A stretch of DNA of 62,827 nt, the filler included, from Rhabdomonas costata (taxonomy: Eukaryota), in assembly GCA_019059605.1 (NCBI GenBank). It is 35 parts of 35 records of this genome, joined end to end, with 100 filler letters (N's around TTAATTAATTAA, not from the genome) between each part and the next. Parts side by side here need not be neighbours in the genome. Positions count along the whole stretch, not along the records: positions 48,554 to 50,251 come from JAHMHO010010478.1; positions 50,352 to 52,048 come from JAHMHO010010479.1; positions 52,149 to 53,846 come from JAHMHO010010480.1; positions 53,947 to 55,644 come from JAHMHO010010481.1; positions 55,745 to 57,442 come from JAHMHO010010482.1; positions 57,543 to 59,240 come from JAHMHO010010483.1; positions 59,341 to 61,039 come from JAHMHO010010484.1; positions 61,140 to 62,827 come from JAHMHO010010485.1; 27 more parts are not named here. One strand, written 5' to 3'. The notes under the pieces were generated by a model. That model searched no databases. It saw only the letters and a program-made list of their open reading frames with translations, and was not told the DNA's origin. Both the position numbers and the translations under genes were made by a program. Below are positions 49,944 to 62,827 of this stretch, in pieces (the first letter of the stretch is position 1; each line of letters begins with the position of its first letter).

Positions 49944-50364
49944 GTGTGGGTTGTTTTAGGTTTGTGTGACCGGCTTTTATGGTATCCCGTAATCCGCCCT
50001 TTATGATCCCATAACCTCCTTTTTACGAGATCTGACAATTGAAGTTTGGGATCACCAGTCAGCACCGTGGATCTTGGGCCGCGGTGTTCTCATCGGCCCA
50101 GGACATCCTGGACATCCGAAAAATCTCTCCGGGCCTCCGGGCCGCCTTATAAACCTCTGTGAGACCAAATAGTTTCTTCCAGGGTGCACATGCACCTCCA
50201 ACCTAACCCCCTGCGAGACCAAATACCTTTTCCTAACCAACCCCCCCCACCNNNNNNNNNNNNNNNNNNNNNNNNNNNNNNNNNNNNNNNNNNNNTTAAT
50301 TAATTAANNNNNNNNNNNNNNNNNNNNNNNNNNNNNNNNNNNNNNNNNNNNGGGTGTTTGTGCT

Positions 50365-50422
50365 CCTTTCTACACCATTCCACCTGCTTTTTTACATAGT
50401 GCACTCTTGGGACTCGCCCTGC
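50365..50422. repeat. ~57-bp dispersed repeat, second copy at 56298-56354
   Basis: cctttctacaccattccacctgctttt(t/g)tacatagtgcact(c)ttgggactcgccctgc on two contigs. Confidence 0.85.
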
Positions 50423-50975
50423 AATGGACGTTGTGAATTCGCAGAAATCAGAACAGAAATGACTTATTAAGAATGGTGCTTGAATCAAGCACTATTAAGA
50501 ATATTATTACATTATTTTATTTGTTTCTGCAAACAACAAAGAAGCTATATTCTAATGATTCAAAAAATGAACTGCACATTGAGCGCATGCACAAATGCAT
50601 CTTCATTGTTCAAGAAGTCCACCGCACCGATTGCGTGACCTGCCGGTGACCCAGCAGTCAATAGCGTCGTGTTCAAAAGGAGCTAGGTGGGCTTCATGAC
50701 CAACCCAAGGAAAGGCGGCGTGTAAAGAGACTTCCAGGTGGACTGCCTTGCAAAAGAACCCCCAGGTGGAAGAAATTTCATATGTCGAGCTCAGTAAAAA
50801 AAACATTGGAGTCGCTGTTTTGTGGAGCGCAAGTTGCTCAAGCGTTGGGAGGCTCCGCAAAAAGGGTGTGGAAGTGGGCGTTAAAGGCGCGCAGTTCACA
50901 GACGAGGCGAACTTTTGTTTGCGTCTTGTGTATGAGGAAGGTTGCTCCTACCGACTGCCCAGGGTGTGAAAAAAA

Positions 50976-51006
50976 GAGAAGAGAAGAGAAGAGAAGAGAA
51001 GAGAAG
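50976..51006. repeat. (GAGAA)6 microsatellite
   Basis: Direct reading. Confidence 0.97.
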
Positions 51007-52614
51007 CTGTTGTTTACAAAGGCTTTGAAAGAAAGGCGAACGCCTTGAAGTGGTATGGTAAGGAGCCTGAAGGGACGTGAGTGGAGGGGGAAGAAGTGGT
51101 AATGCGTGCAAGCTCCATATCTTAATATATACCCATCGAATTACCACTGCTGTGCGGGGTTCTTTTGCCATCCAATCCCCCTGACACGTCCACCACATTC
51201 GCAACCTACCAGGGCAGCTCGCAGCCGCAGTGCTCTTGCACCACCATCCCCCCCTCTCCTGGAAAAATCTGCAGTTTCTCCAGTATTACGGTCCCTATTC
51301 ACCAAGTAGTCTTTCACTTTCAAATTTTTCCTTTCCTCTTCTTACTTTGGTCATCAAGTCTTTTTTGATGTGTACAGACTCAGCAGTAACTCTGCGCTGA
51401 CTTTGACACCATATTAGCTACAAAAAAGCACCCCCACAAATGCTCGAAAAACCTTGTCATCATTCCTTGAGTTTGCTGTGGATGTAGATAGAGAGAAGGA
51501 CCCTGCTCTTGACGGCAGGCTATGTCCTCGTCCACCAATTTATGAGCAATTTTCTTTCCATGGGGCGTTTATCGGGCTTTCCTTTTACCGAAACTATAAT
51601 TAACGTCAAACTATTGGACACAAAAATAAGAAGTACAAACCTTTAACAAAGTCATCATCTGAACTGGGTTTTTATTTTGCTTGCTCGAATGTCGTGTACT
51701 GTGTGCGGATTCGAATTAGAGCAGCCCCCCCCCCATTTGCGTCATTCCTCGACTCCCGGGAGTGCTCACCACCGTAAACAATTGTTCCTGTACACTTGTC
51801 ACTGCGCCGCTAAAAAAAACTATGAAACTATGAGGAGCTAGGAAAATAGCAGGAAGGGTTTTGTGTCGATTTGTAATCAAGAAAATCACACGAAAGAGAA
51901 ACGCAAGAATTACAGTAAGCCGTGCAAAGTGGAGTGGAAACTCGGCGACCGGAGACTTGGGAGGCAGCAACAAGTTAGGAGGAAGAAACTTGGAAATACC
52001 ATAATCTATACCACCTGGGAAAGAGATGGAACATGAACAACAAACAACNNNNNNNNNNNNNNNNNNNNNNNNNNNNNNNNNNNNNNNNNNNNTTAATTAA
52101 TTAANNNNNNNNNNNNNNNNNNNNNNNNNNNNNNNNNNNNNNNNNNNNTGTTGTTGGGCACCGAAATCGGCTCGAATCCATATCACGGTCTAATATGTTC
52201 GTCTCGATTAGGCGTCAGACTGAGGCAATGGCAACTCTGGCCCCCGCTCCAACCAAGTCTTCCCCTGTGGAGCATGGGGGCCAGTAGGTGCCTGGGTGGG
52301 GACATGAGTTTGCTGAAGATGACCGGAGCCTCGAGCGGTCGCGAGATTTGCTGTCTGCACGGGCATTCTCCTGTCGTCCCTTTTCATGGTTCCTGGATCA
52401 TCCAGCTCATCTGGCTCTTAGCCTTTGGACATCGTGCCCGTTAGGGTGTTGATTCCTCACCTACTAGAGGGCCACACTCGAGCTGCTGTAGGGTGGTCGC
52501 TTACCGCACCATGTGGCTTGGAGGCATGGAGCTGGCGTTATTCAGAGAGCGTTATCGTCCTCTTCGTCGTCATCGTGGTCCATGTGGTGGGCGTCCATAA
52601 AGAAACACACACAC

Positions 52615-53846
52615 GGTCTTCAGCCACGCGCGCTTCTCTAAACCGAAAGATGGGGAGCGAGGTGAGGTGTTGCGGAAAGGAGGTAAAAGGACGGGGATCC
52701 CCACCGTACGCCAGGAAGAACGAGGTCTGCGGGCTGGTCACCGTGTACAGCGAGGAGTTACCCACCGGGGGCTCCACCACCGCGTCGCTGTAGCACGTCG
52801 GGTCGCCCGTCTCGAAGCGGCACACGTGCAGCGTCTGGTTCGGCGAAGGGTTGCGAAGCTGGAACACAACAGGACTGTGGAGAACCAGCGTGGCCCCGCT
52901 GCCACTGGAGTTGCGGAGGACTCGGGTGAAGGAGATGGCGTCAGAGACCCAGTTCAGGGATCGGATCACTGCGAACGGAAAGGATTTGCAACTGAGTGGC
53001 TTGGACAGAAAGTTCTCTCAGCATCCATCGCATCACACACATACACACTACTGCACTTCATCTTTTAATTTCGTCATTCAGAACATTGAGCCCAAATCAC
53101 AGGCTCCGTCCACAGCACAAGCGAGTCGGGACCACGGCAAGCGGCAAGTTCAACCCCACGCCCGTGCTGCAAGCAGACAGCTCTATGTCAAAGGCCACGC
53201 GCTTGTTGGCAACAAGCAAGAAAGAGCATGCACACTGCAATGGAAACAAGCACCGGAGTTTGCGAAGGCAGTTTGATTAGCGGGGGGCCAGTGCGACCGC
53301 GGCAACTCACCCCCAGCTCGCACTGCCTTTCTTTGCACTTTGCGGAGTCAAAAGAGGGGTGTGGGTGTGGCAAAGAACGCACGACGGACGCGGCAAGATT
53401 GCACGGTGAGGTGAGGTGAGGTGGACGTCTTCATGTGCCCATCGCAAGATCCCAGGCACATGAAGACCAGCGTGCATTCGACTCCGCGGCAGCTCTCCTG
53501 TCAGATAATTGCCAATGGTAGCAATGTGCACGGACAACATGAACATTGGCAGTGGCCGGTGCAACCGGGGCGTTCCACAGATGAAACACCCCCGCCATCG
53601 GCGCTCACACAGAGAAAAGACAGGGTGCACCAATTCCAAACCAGCCATACAGGCAGAAGAAACAGCTCACAAACACGCACCGGGGTTTGACAGCGCTGGC
53701 TGATTGGACAGGGCGGTGGCCGGGGGGACGGTGGCAACAATGGCTGCCGTGCAGTTGCCAAAGCTCAGCACGAAGGTAGCAGGAGAGTCCGCCGTGCGTT
53801 GCAGAGCAACAGGCGACGCCGCGGAGAACCGGTCAACAGAAACCGC
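52615..53846 (-). CDS. Extracellular-type protein fragment, possibly GAIN/GPS-like; exons contig edge-53681 and 52968-52615
   Basis: Phase-1 GT-AG join (CCG|GTGCGT..TCGCAG|TG); SDAISFT..LHSPVVFQLRN..VCRF..C..TVTSPQTSFFLA, with several NxS/T sequons. Confidence 0.6.
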
Positions 53847-56800
53847 NNNNNNNNNNNNNNNNNNNNNNNNNNNNNNNNNNNNNNNNNNNNTTAATTAATT
53901 AANNNNNNNNNNNNNNNNNNNNNNNNNNNNNNNNNNNNNNNNNNNNCTCTTCTTGTCTTGAACGAAGAATATCAAGGTGTCAGTGAAGGAATGTATTCTG
54001 TTTTTGGGAGCGTCGAGCCACCAGAAAATGCGAAAAGACCACTGAGGGATCTGGATCTGGGAAAGAGCACTACTTTATTTATCGTCTTTTGCAGCAAATT
54101 TCCACTTTGGCGGGGGGGGGGGTATCGAATGATGCATCACAAAGCAAAAGAACCACAAAGGGCGAGCGTGAATGACACACCGATTTATGCAACCATTGAT
54201 CGCTTGTCCCCCTGGACAAACTTGCTGCACGCGTTTCCCTCGCTTTTTCTGTGGTGGTTGATTTTCAGAACAAATAGCAAAATGGAACCTTCGTCAGCTG
54301 TCACAAAACCCGCCTGTGGGTTGCTCTTTGATAGCAGCCAAAAAAACGGCACCAAGAAGGACAAGCATGCAGCAAGGACTGCACGCAAGCCTGCATGCTG
54401 CAAGGACTGCAACCAGTCAGTTTGCCGCGGCGGGAAACAGTGTCCGTGCGCGGCGGATCGAAAGAGCAGGTTTGGAGATGAACATTACGGTGACCGAGGG
54501 GGCATTGGTCGAGACATTGGTCGAGTCGGGGGCGGCCGAAACCACATTGACCGCTGTAGTTGGAGCGGTTAATAACTTCCAGAACCACAAAGGGTTTTTT
54601 CGCATGTGCGCTGCCCGCGCCCTTGGACTCCTAACTCCTATGCTCCGGTGCCCCTATATGGGACTTTCATGGTGTCATCAGGTAGGAAAATAACCCGACC
54701 ACGCACAACAATAGCCCATTCGACACGCGGCAATCCCACCAACTGCCCGCTACCAGCCACCCCCCAATACCCTCCAACACCCCATCCCACCACACGCACC
54801 TAGTTACGAAGCATGTTCGGCAAGGTGAAGACCCATTTCACCATCATACCACTATCATCATCCCTACATTCTGGCCACCACACCCATCATCAACACACGT
54901 GGCCATCATGCATCTATGATACAAAGCATGCGTCTGAGCGCAGCGACGGAGTAGGACGTAGAATCATAGCTTAGGAAGTGCAGGAGTGATGCTGAGGGTT
55001 CACTTATTACTGACAACCCCTCCACTGCCACCTGGGTATGGGCAAAGCTGTTGTAGTTGCTGGTCGCTGTTGTAGTGGATGTTTGCACCACACTTTGCGC
55101 ATATATCAAACAATTGTATGCGACTCATACACCCTTGCAAGCCACTTTTAAACATTGCACACGTGGCTGAGGCTCACAAGGTCCTGACTTTATAGGTATT
55201 CGCGAAGAAAATGCAACCGATTCGTTTTACTGGCCAGGCGTCCACACAATCTTCAGTGCGTGGTGTCAGCCAGTGACAAAATAACAGTTAGACATAAGAA
55301 AATATCCAAAATAAAAAATGCGCACTTGGTACTGTGACTGGAATGTTGTTTGAACAGTACTATTAGAAGGAAACATACATACAAGAAGCTCACAATGATA
55401 CACTCAACGTGTGGCATAGGCGCAACATGCACAGAAATACAAGTACATTTCAAGTGACGCATAATAACACAGATGCATCGTTCGCCAACGTGGATTATAG
55501 CCTTAATTCTACAAACAACAGAAATAGCTGATCATCACTGGTAACACAATTGCACACGTTGCAGGGCACAACGCGTCACAGGTGGCATATGATACCACAT
55601 TAGGATCCAGTTTCGGCGCTCAGTAGTATACCATCAGAACATCCNNNNNNNNNNNNNNNNNNNNNNNNNNNNNNNNNNNNNNNNNNNNTTAATTAATTAA
55701 NNNNNNNNNNNNNNNNNNNNNNNNNNNNNNNNNNNNNNNNNNNNGGGTGTTTGTAATGGAACAACTCCGGACGTTCTCGTGAAGAAAGAAATATTGGACC
55801 ATCAAAAGAAACGTGGTTCAAGGATGGCCACCGAAATAAAATCCTCCACCTTTAAGAGGTTGGTTCAGCTTGTGGATCAACCATCAGATCATCAGAGCCT
55901 TTCTTTCTTGCTGGAATCTCACCTCCCTTCCTTTTTTATGTTTGAAGTTTGGTGCTTGGCCACCTCCGTGCTTCGGCTGTTCCTATCCTCGCAGGTCCGC
56001 TGGTTCTGCTTTAATCTCTTTCAGGCACGCTTTTTTGCCACCCTCGAAGAATGTCGAAGGATCAGCGGAAGCAGAAGCGTGAGTCGGCGCTGACCAGTTT
56101 TTTCCGAGCAGGAACAGTTGAGGGAATGGATGCACTTAGCTTGACCGAGTCTTCTACCGGAGCCTAGCTGCTTCCGCCTCGCGGTTAGTTTCCCGCCGCG
56201 TGGTGACCACTGCACAGGAACAATTATTTACATACTGTATTTTTTTTTGCTGGTAACAAAGTTTGTGTTTTATGACGCTCTTGGTTGTTGGTCCTTTCCT
56301 TTCTACACCATTCCACCTGCTTTTGTACATAGTGCACTTTGGGACTCGCCCTGCTTGGTTTGTGTTTATGTCACCTTGAAAAGTGTAAACTAGAGTAGAC
56401 TTGCGTCTGTCTGAGACTGTTTGACACATTTATGCCGTTAGCCGTATATCTGGTTCCTGAAGCATGACAAATTAGAACCCACGCCCTGATGAACATGCAT
56501 AGTTCGAGGCACTCAGTAGAGCGCGCAACGATCAGCGTGTCCTCGGACAACACTTGTTTGGAAAGCTCGAATACCAGTGGTTAGCGGTGGGCTAATCCCG
56601 TTATACAGGGACCGCTCCCCCCTTTTGTTTGTTTTGGTTGGTCGTGTTGATCTCCGGACAACATGTAAGGTCTTTGCTTGTGTTGTCTGCTGTTTAAGGC
56701 TTGCGGGTGCGCCGTCCCGACACTAACACTGGCACCCTTTGTGCGGGCAAGCCTTGTTCTTTGACAGTTTGACACGGATCGTCAAAAAAATTAAGAGATT

Positions 56801-59800
56801 TGAAACTTATTCCTACGCTCTTTATGGTCCTTTGTTGGCGCATCCATGTTGGTTTGACGTGATTTAACGTTCATCCCTCCTGACTTAACGCAATTTAACC
56901 ACCCTTTTGCCCCAGGTCCAACGCCCCAAACGAGGGCGCAACAGTACTCATTGAATGCTATCCACGAGACTCCCTTCCGCACAGGTCTCACGTGAAAGTC
57001 CGTCTTTGGGTTGTTTTGGGCTGAAAGATTACTTGCGAAGGTGCGGCGGGCCTCAAAACCTCAGACGCGACGGGACGCCTGAACAGGACACGCAAGGCTT
57101 GGTGTGCAGCCTCTGCGGACCAGAGCTTCAGCTCAGGTTTTCGCACGACCCACTTCCCAAAAAGACACAGCGCCCGGCATTCAGCCTCCTCTACCCCCAC
57201 ACCACATAAAGGAGGCTCAAAAAAGGCGAAAAAACGAATCCCCGACAAAGTCTTTACTGACCAGCTCCACCGGAGGCCAAAGGTCCATCATCGACACCCC
57301 CCCCCGCTTTTCTTTTTTGCGTTCTTTATATTTTTTGCGAGCCCTACTCTGCGTCTCTTCTATGTTGAAGATCGTAAGTGGCCAGCCCTGAACAGTTGGC
57401 AAACCCACCCACAAATGAAATCGCTGACCCCCCCCCACAAAANNNNNNNNNNNNNNNNNNNNNNNNNNNNNNNNNNNNNNNNNNNNTTAATTAATTAANN
57501 NNNNNNNNNNNNNNNNNNNNNNNNNNNNNNNNNNNNNNNNNNGGGGTTTGTGGACATAACACCTGAATGAAAACTGAGGGCAATGAGAGCTGACTGAATG
57601 GTGGGAATGCTGGAAATGTTCCATTTTCGTGTGGTTTGTAACGCTTTATGTGTCACTTCGGTATTCGGAGTTCCAGCAAAAAAATCGCTAAATTGTGGGG
57701 ATATGCCACGAACAGCTTCCATTGTTATTCGAATCAATAGCGATTACTTGCACTGTATACAGACTTAGTCCGCCTAGTCCACCGAAAGACTAACAATTTA
57801 GTTTCAAATCGGAACATTAAATGGGGTAGAGTTCCTACAAAACCCACCATTCACAAGAAGAACCATTAATGCCTGCCTGTGCAGGACCAGCTGAGAACAA
57901 AATTGTTTGTGCTCGGCTAGCCGTCTAGTCGGCGTCAGATGAGTATCAGACACCAGGGTCTCAGAATTGGTGGCGACGCATGTGCTCCCTTGACTGGAAT
58001 AGAAGATGGAATTATTGGGTGGAGGTGCTCAGCGGGTGCAGCCAGCAGGATAGGCAGTGCAGCGGTGGAGAGGGGGGGGGGCAAGGAGGAGTTAGCTCCG
58101 CTGCGTCGGGCAAGAAGCGGCGCAAGAGGCGCCAAAAGGCACCACCACAGGCCGAGGGTGAAAGGCCAGGAACCTCTGACCCCAAGGACCGTTCACGCAG
58201 CGTTACGGGAGGCCTGCTGTACATACAAAAGACCCAGGCTTGCTTCGGCTTAGGCCTATGGTGTAACATAATATCGCATTAATTAAAGAGGTAGACGAAT
58301 GAACTTGAAAACAACACAGCATGCTGGTGCAAACGGGACATCCGGACAGCTTTTCCCCGAGTATCGAAGCAATTTAACTTCAAAACCCTATACAGACGAA
58401 GCAAAAGCATCAGCTGTTGGTAAACTTTGGGCGCTGCCGGTGTGCCAGCTAAAACTCCAAACAGTTCCACTTTCTGGCATGTTAGGAAGACAGGAAAAGT
58501 TTCATAAAGATACAAGCATCGCCCTACATGGCTTTCAGGGCAGCTACAAGCCAAAACATTCGGGTAATAGCCTTGTGCATCCCATGAAGGCCTGGTCCAC
58601 AGGTTAAGGCTCAGTCTGCAGACCTGCAAAGGTTCAAGAAGTGGTTTCCCAAGGAATAGATAGTCCGGCTATGTCGAAATAGCCGTAAAGGTCCCAACCG
58701 GCCAGACCACACGTCATAATGACGATTCGTGCAAGTTGGGAGACCCCCAAGATAACCTAAAGAGGTGCACACCTCTGAAAAGGTTTGGATTTCTTTGTCC
58801 CGAAGTTCCGAAATGGTGGTGTTCACAGTCTTCATCTGATGAACAGAAACACATGATTGGGAGAGGTATGGTGAACGGAAGGCCACGATTGGCAGGAATA
58901 TCAAAGCGATTTAAACCAAAAAGAACAACCGAGCCACGAAGCCGACGTTTTTGATGCAGAAACCACTTTGTAAGCATATTATGGGGGCACATTTTCTTCA
59001 CGCGTAAAAAAGAGCTGCACACACGTCGGTCACAAGACTGTCCTTGAGCTCGGTGACCGCCGTGGTCATGGTCTTTACCTAACGGGGAAGGAAACACAAG
59101 CAAAAGATTGCCCTCGGAATTCGCATATGAATTGAAAGGAGTGGGAAGAGCGCGCAGCAACAATGAAAAAAGCATCGGGGACAAGCACTATTCAAAAAAC
59201 ATGCGAAGCTCCGCGTGCCTGTCGAGGTACGCTTTGCTACNNNNNNNNNNNNNNNNNNNNNNNNNNNNNNNNNNNNNNNNNNNNTTAATTAATTAANNNN
59301 NNNNNNNNNNNNNNNNNNNNNNNNNNNNNNNNNNNNNNNNGGGGGTTGTGATTGCGGGCTCATTGTGGCTTCAGGGTCGTCAGGTCGGGGCGGCTAAAAG
59401 CGACCAGCAGCTCTGCCACTCGCACCGCACAGCATTATTTTTCTATTTTTCTTACCTACCCGGTTCTAAAACTGGCCGATACCTCAATCCGACACACGAC
59501 CCTGAAGCCACAATGAGCCCGCAATCCCTACCCTATCCTCACACGCACACGCACATTCCGCGCTACATGCATAATGCGAAACTCGCTGATTTTCAAAATT
59601 TTTCCGGATCTCACTGAGTAAAATCACAGAGCCACAGCTGCCGAGGAAGTCATGAAATGGATGTCGTTGCAGGTTCGCTTCCCAACGTTACCAGAACAAA
59701 GGATAGGCCTTCAACCCCACGAGCATGAAGGCCTATTCCGAGATAATGCCGCTAAAGTGCTAATATCGCCGTGGATACACAAGGATTTCACCCACTTTTG

Positions 59801-60426
59801 GATGCATGGGTTCTGAGACAAAACGCAAACAATTTTTTCAAATTCACAAGGGTTTTTGCTCCTTCCGGATGTAATCACCCATCTGGATAGTTACGTATAC
59901 AAAGTATTATTCACAAGAAAATTTGGAGATGCTTTGTTGACCACAAGAGCCATGTGCAGACTGTTTGACTGCTCCAAAAACCAAGGATGAAGCGCAGCAA
60001 AAGGGTAAAATGAGGCATTTCAACTCGGTTTTAAGTTCCTTCCCTATGAAGCCACGTTGGAAACCATGGTTTGTACACAAGCCTGTGTGACAGGTGGGGC
60101 AGGCGGAGGGTCTTGGCCTGTTGTCTGGTAAGCCGGCACCCCACATCTGACAACAGAGCAATAGGACCCTCATTGCGAGCGCATATGCTGCGCGCGTCTT
60201 AGGTTTGAACAGCTTTTCTTTCCATCATCGTTCTCCTTCACGTGTGGTTGGGTGTGCGTTTCCTTTCCGTCTTTTCACCGCACAAACATACGCAAACGCC
60301 AACAAACAGACACAACTGTGCCTAAGTCAAAGGGTGGGTGAAATAAATGCGTCCGTGGTGATGTGTGGAAGATTCACAAGGAAAAGAAAAAAGAAGCTGG
60401 GTCGGAGATGTAAGTCAGGAGGGGAC

Positions 60427-61001
60427 CTGGTAGGCCAGGTTGACCTCCTTGAAGTTATCCACGGCCAAGGTGCGCAGCGCAGGAAGAGCCAAGGTCCAGC
60501 GGTCAGGATGCCACCGGAAGCAGTGCTGGGAAAAAGAGAGAGGTTGCACGGGAGGAACGTGTGCTCACTGCGCCCAATGCATCGAATTAGGAGGACGGGG
60601 GAGGGTGCTGACCGGTACAACACTGTTATACGTGATTGTTATGAGGTGAAATCTGAAATCAGGCTGGGAAATCCACCCAGAACCCCAAACCTTGCATTGC
60701 TTTTAACGTGCATTCTTTTTTCCAAGGCCCAGGGCAACGTCACCGGCTCGGCCGCCCGCTCCAGCCGTCACCGCGACCCTAAACGAAAGCCGTCAAATGG
60801 AAACTGTCCCCCGGTAAGGGCAGTTGTGTGAGAAAGAAAAGTTAACTTAGAAAGTGCCGCGGCACCAGCAGTCAAAGTTTTGCCGGGCAGGATAGCGACC
60901 GTAGAGCTGTAGAGCTGTCGCAGCCGCACACCTTTCGGTAGGCCTCTCGAAGCTGTACATCGTCCGCCGTCGGAGGGACTCCAAGAACAAGGTAGTGGTC
61001 C
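60427..61001 (-). CDS. DnaJ (J-domain) protein; exons 61001-60932 and 60525-60427
   Basis: Spliced DHYLVLGVPPTADDVQLREAYRK|HCFRWHPDRW..AVDNFKEVNLAYQ with the HPD motif; GT-AG, phase 0. Not in the ORF track. Confidence 0.93.
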
Positions 61002-62827
61002 CTGCAAACGGGGAGCAAAGTGGATGTCCCGCCCCCAACNNNNNNNNNNNNNNNNNNNNNNNNNNNNNNNNNNNNNNNNNNNNTTAATTAATTAANNNNN
61101 NNNNNNNNNNNNNNNNNNNNNNNNNNNNNNNNNNNNNNNTTTGTGGGGGTGGGCTTTTAGATCTGCCACACAGAAATCCTTAATAACAGCTTTTGGGTCC
61201 GTTGAGTGCATCACGAAAATGCCTTGGCCTTGATTTATTTTTTTCGCCGCGTGGATATATAGTACAAACATTACGGAGGAAGGGTCATAAAATCCAATGT
61301 TTTGAAATCTAGAGTCAATCAGGGAAAAGAGCCATTCATGAATCGTTTCTCCAAAACAGACGCGTGCAACCCGTTTCCGGTGGGGCTGCGATAACCGGAC
61401 CGGGGGGTGGGAGTGGATGAAAAAAACACCAAAGAGGACCGGACGATTCCTCCCCACTCGTTCGCAGGCGCACGAACACACGAACCCACCCACGAACCGT
61501 CAGCTGAGTACGGGTTGTGGGTGTAGCACAGCACAACCCGAACCACAGGCGACAGCGGCAGGGTGGCCATCGATGGAGTTTGGAAGTGAGGGGACAACAT
61601 CAAAGGCTCTGCTGGCAAAGGACCCAGCAACGTTGCAAAACTCAGTCCCCAACCCTCCATATTGACATTGTTCTGTGAACACCAGGACCAAATCGCCGGA
61701 ATGCCCTTCCTCCCCAATAATTCTAACCCCATTCGCAAGTGCAGACCCAAGCAGACGTGAACACAGCCAAACACAAATGCGGGTGTCGAGAGCTACAACA
61801 ACCTCAGCCTCAAAGAGCAAGGTGCGAAGCTTACCGCCGAGACAGCCAGGATCGGACTTCCCTTTCCACCCTAATTCACTAAAACTTGGAACGCGAGGCA
61901 TGAGAAAGTGCTCTGCTTGCTCTTTTGGAGATAATGGTGGATGAAAGGCAACTGCATTACCGATCAGGTGCAATGCACCAGCTCTGTTTTGAACGGTGCA
62001 CCGACCATTTCGGTTTCAAGTGCGACCCCAGCGAGGCTGTTGCATTTTAGGGGGGTGGGGTGCTTAAACGCCAAACGCGCGTTTTGAAAGTTCGCAATAC
62101 AGGGGGCAGAGGCACAGTATATCTGACCCTCTTTCTGCATCTAGTGGGTACAGGCACACTTGAATATTGTGCGCGGAAAGTAACTTCGCCTAAACACAAA
62201 ATCGCGTTTAACGGTGTGTGATGCCTAAAACAGCTCCACAACAGACAGCCATTTTTTGCAGCACCCCCACCCCTCCCGACAATGGCAAGTCCCCGCCTCA
62301 TTCGTCCTAGACAATACCGTACCAATCCGCAAAGTATCAAAACGTTTAGCCCCCAAAACCAATGTCTCCTAGCCACCAGCGAGTCGGGAGGAAGTCTCCG
62401 AGTGATGTCCATAAACACTGCCATGTGACTTCGTTTTTAAAAACGTTTGTGAAACAGAACAGACGAATTGCCAAAATATCGCGGTGGAGACTGTTTGCCA
62501 CGAACCAAGGTCGTGACGAATCTAATCTAAAACCAGTTTCTGCCGTGGAAAACCCCTGCAAGACGTTTGAATCTAAAGATGAACAGAGTTCAGGTGCTTT
62601 CGGACATCAACAAGCTGGACTGACTGCGTTTCTGCTGGGAATAAATTTGATGCAAGATGGAGATGTCTCCGTCATTTGTAACAGAGACAGGAAAACGTCT
62701 AAAGTAGTTCATGTCTCTCGACAAAAGGACAAGAGAGACGGGTGTTATAACATCCCCCAGGAAAAGGATAAACGCAACTAGACCAACAACACCAAACACA
62801 CCCCCAAAACCCAACCACACCCAACAC

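Noticed and set aside
52160..52195. GGCTCGAATCC, similar to a tRNA T-loop/B-box
   Set aside because: No cloverleaf or acceptor-stem pairing; truncated by the contig start.
54645..54690. Minus-strand CTGATGA..GAAA hammerhead-like core; similar core at 32757 on the plus strand
   Set aside because: Stem II does not pair and the required stem III/UH cleavage site is absent.
62780..62827. C/A-rich contig ends and G/T-rich contig starts resembling telomeres
   Set aside because: No fixed repeat unit and present on most contigs; best explained as low-quality read tails.

Overview
This window is not one locus. It is a pseudo-scaffold of 35 unrelated contigs of about 1.7 kb each, joined by 34 artificial 100-nt spacers (44 N + TTAATTAATTAA + 44 N), so neighbourhoods across spacers mean nothing. 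The DNA is from an intron-rich eukaryote, probably a protist; a euglenid is my tentative inference from splice-site style and Merlin elements. Genes appear as short GC-rich exons, many missed by the ORF track: tRNA-dihydrouridine synthase, a YkuE/TMPPE-type metallophosphoesterase, an insulysin-like M16A peptidase, a DapA-family aldolase, a carbamoyl-phosphate synthetase MGS domain, a SET domain, an acyl-CoA dehydrogenase, an ankyrin repeat, Tim17, a J-domain and several membrane/receptor-like proteins. Mobile DNA includes two decayed Merlin (IS1595/ISXO2-like) transposase fragments, a three-copy MITE-like family with asymmetric TIRs, a Ty3/gypsy integrase relic, satellites and inverted repeats. 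I found no rRNA, tRNA, CRISPR array or convincing ribozyme, and no multi-gene novel system can be supported. The best leads are the Merlin relics, the MITE family, a possible dual-targeting 5' end on the insulysin gene, relaxed splice donors (including a GC donor and two putative 35-nt introns) and a GAIN/GPS-like domain. All family calls are by motif recognition; no searches were run.
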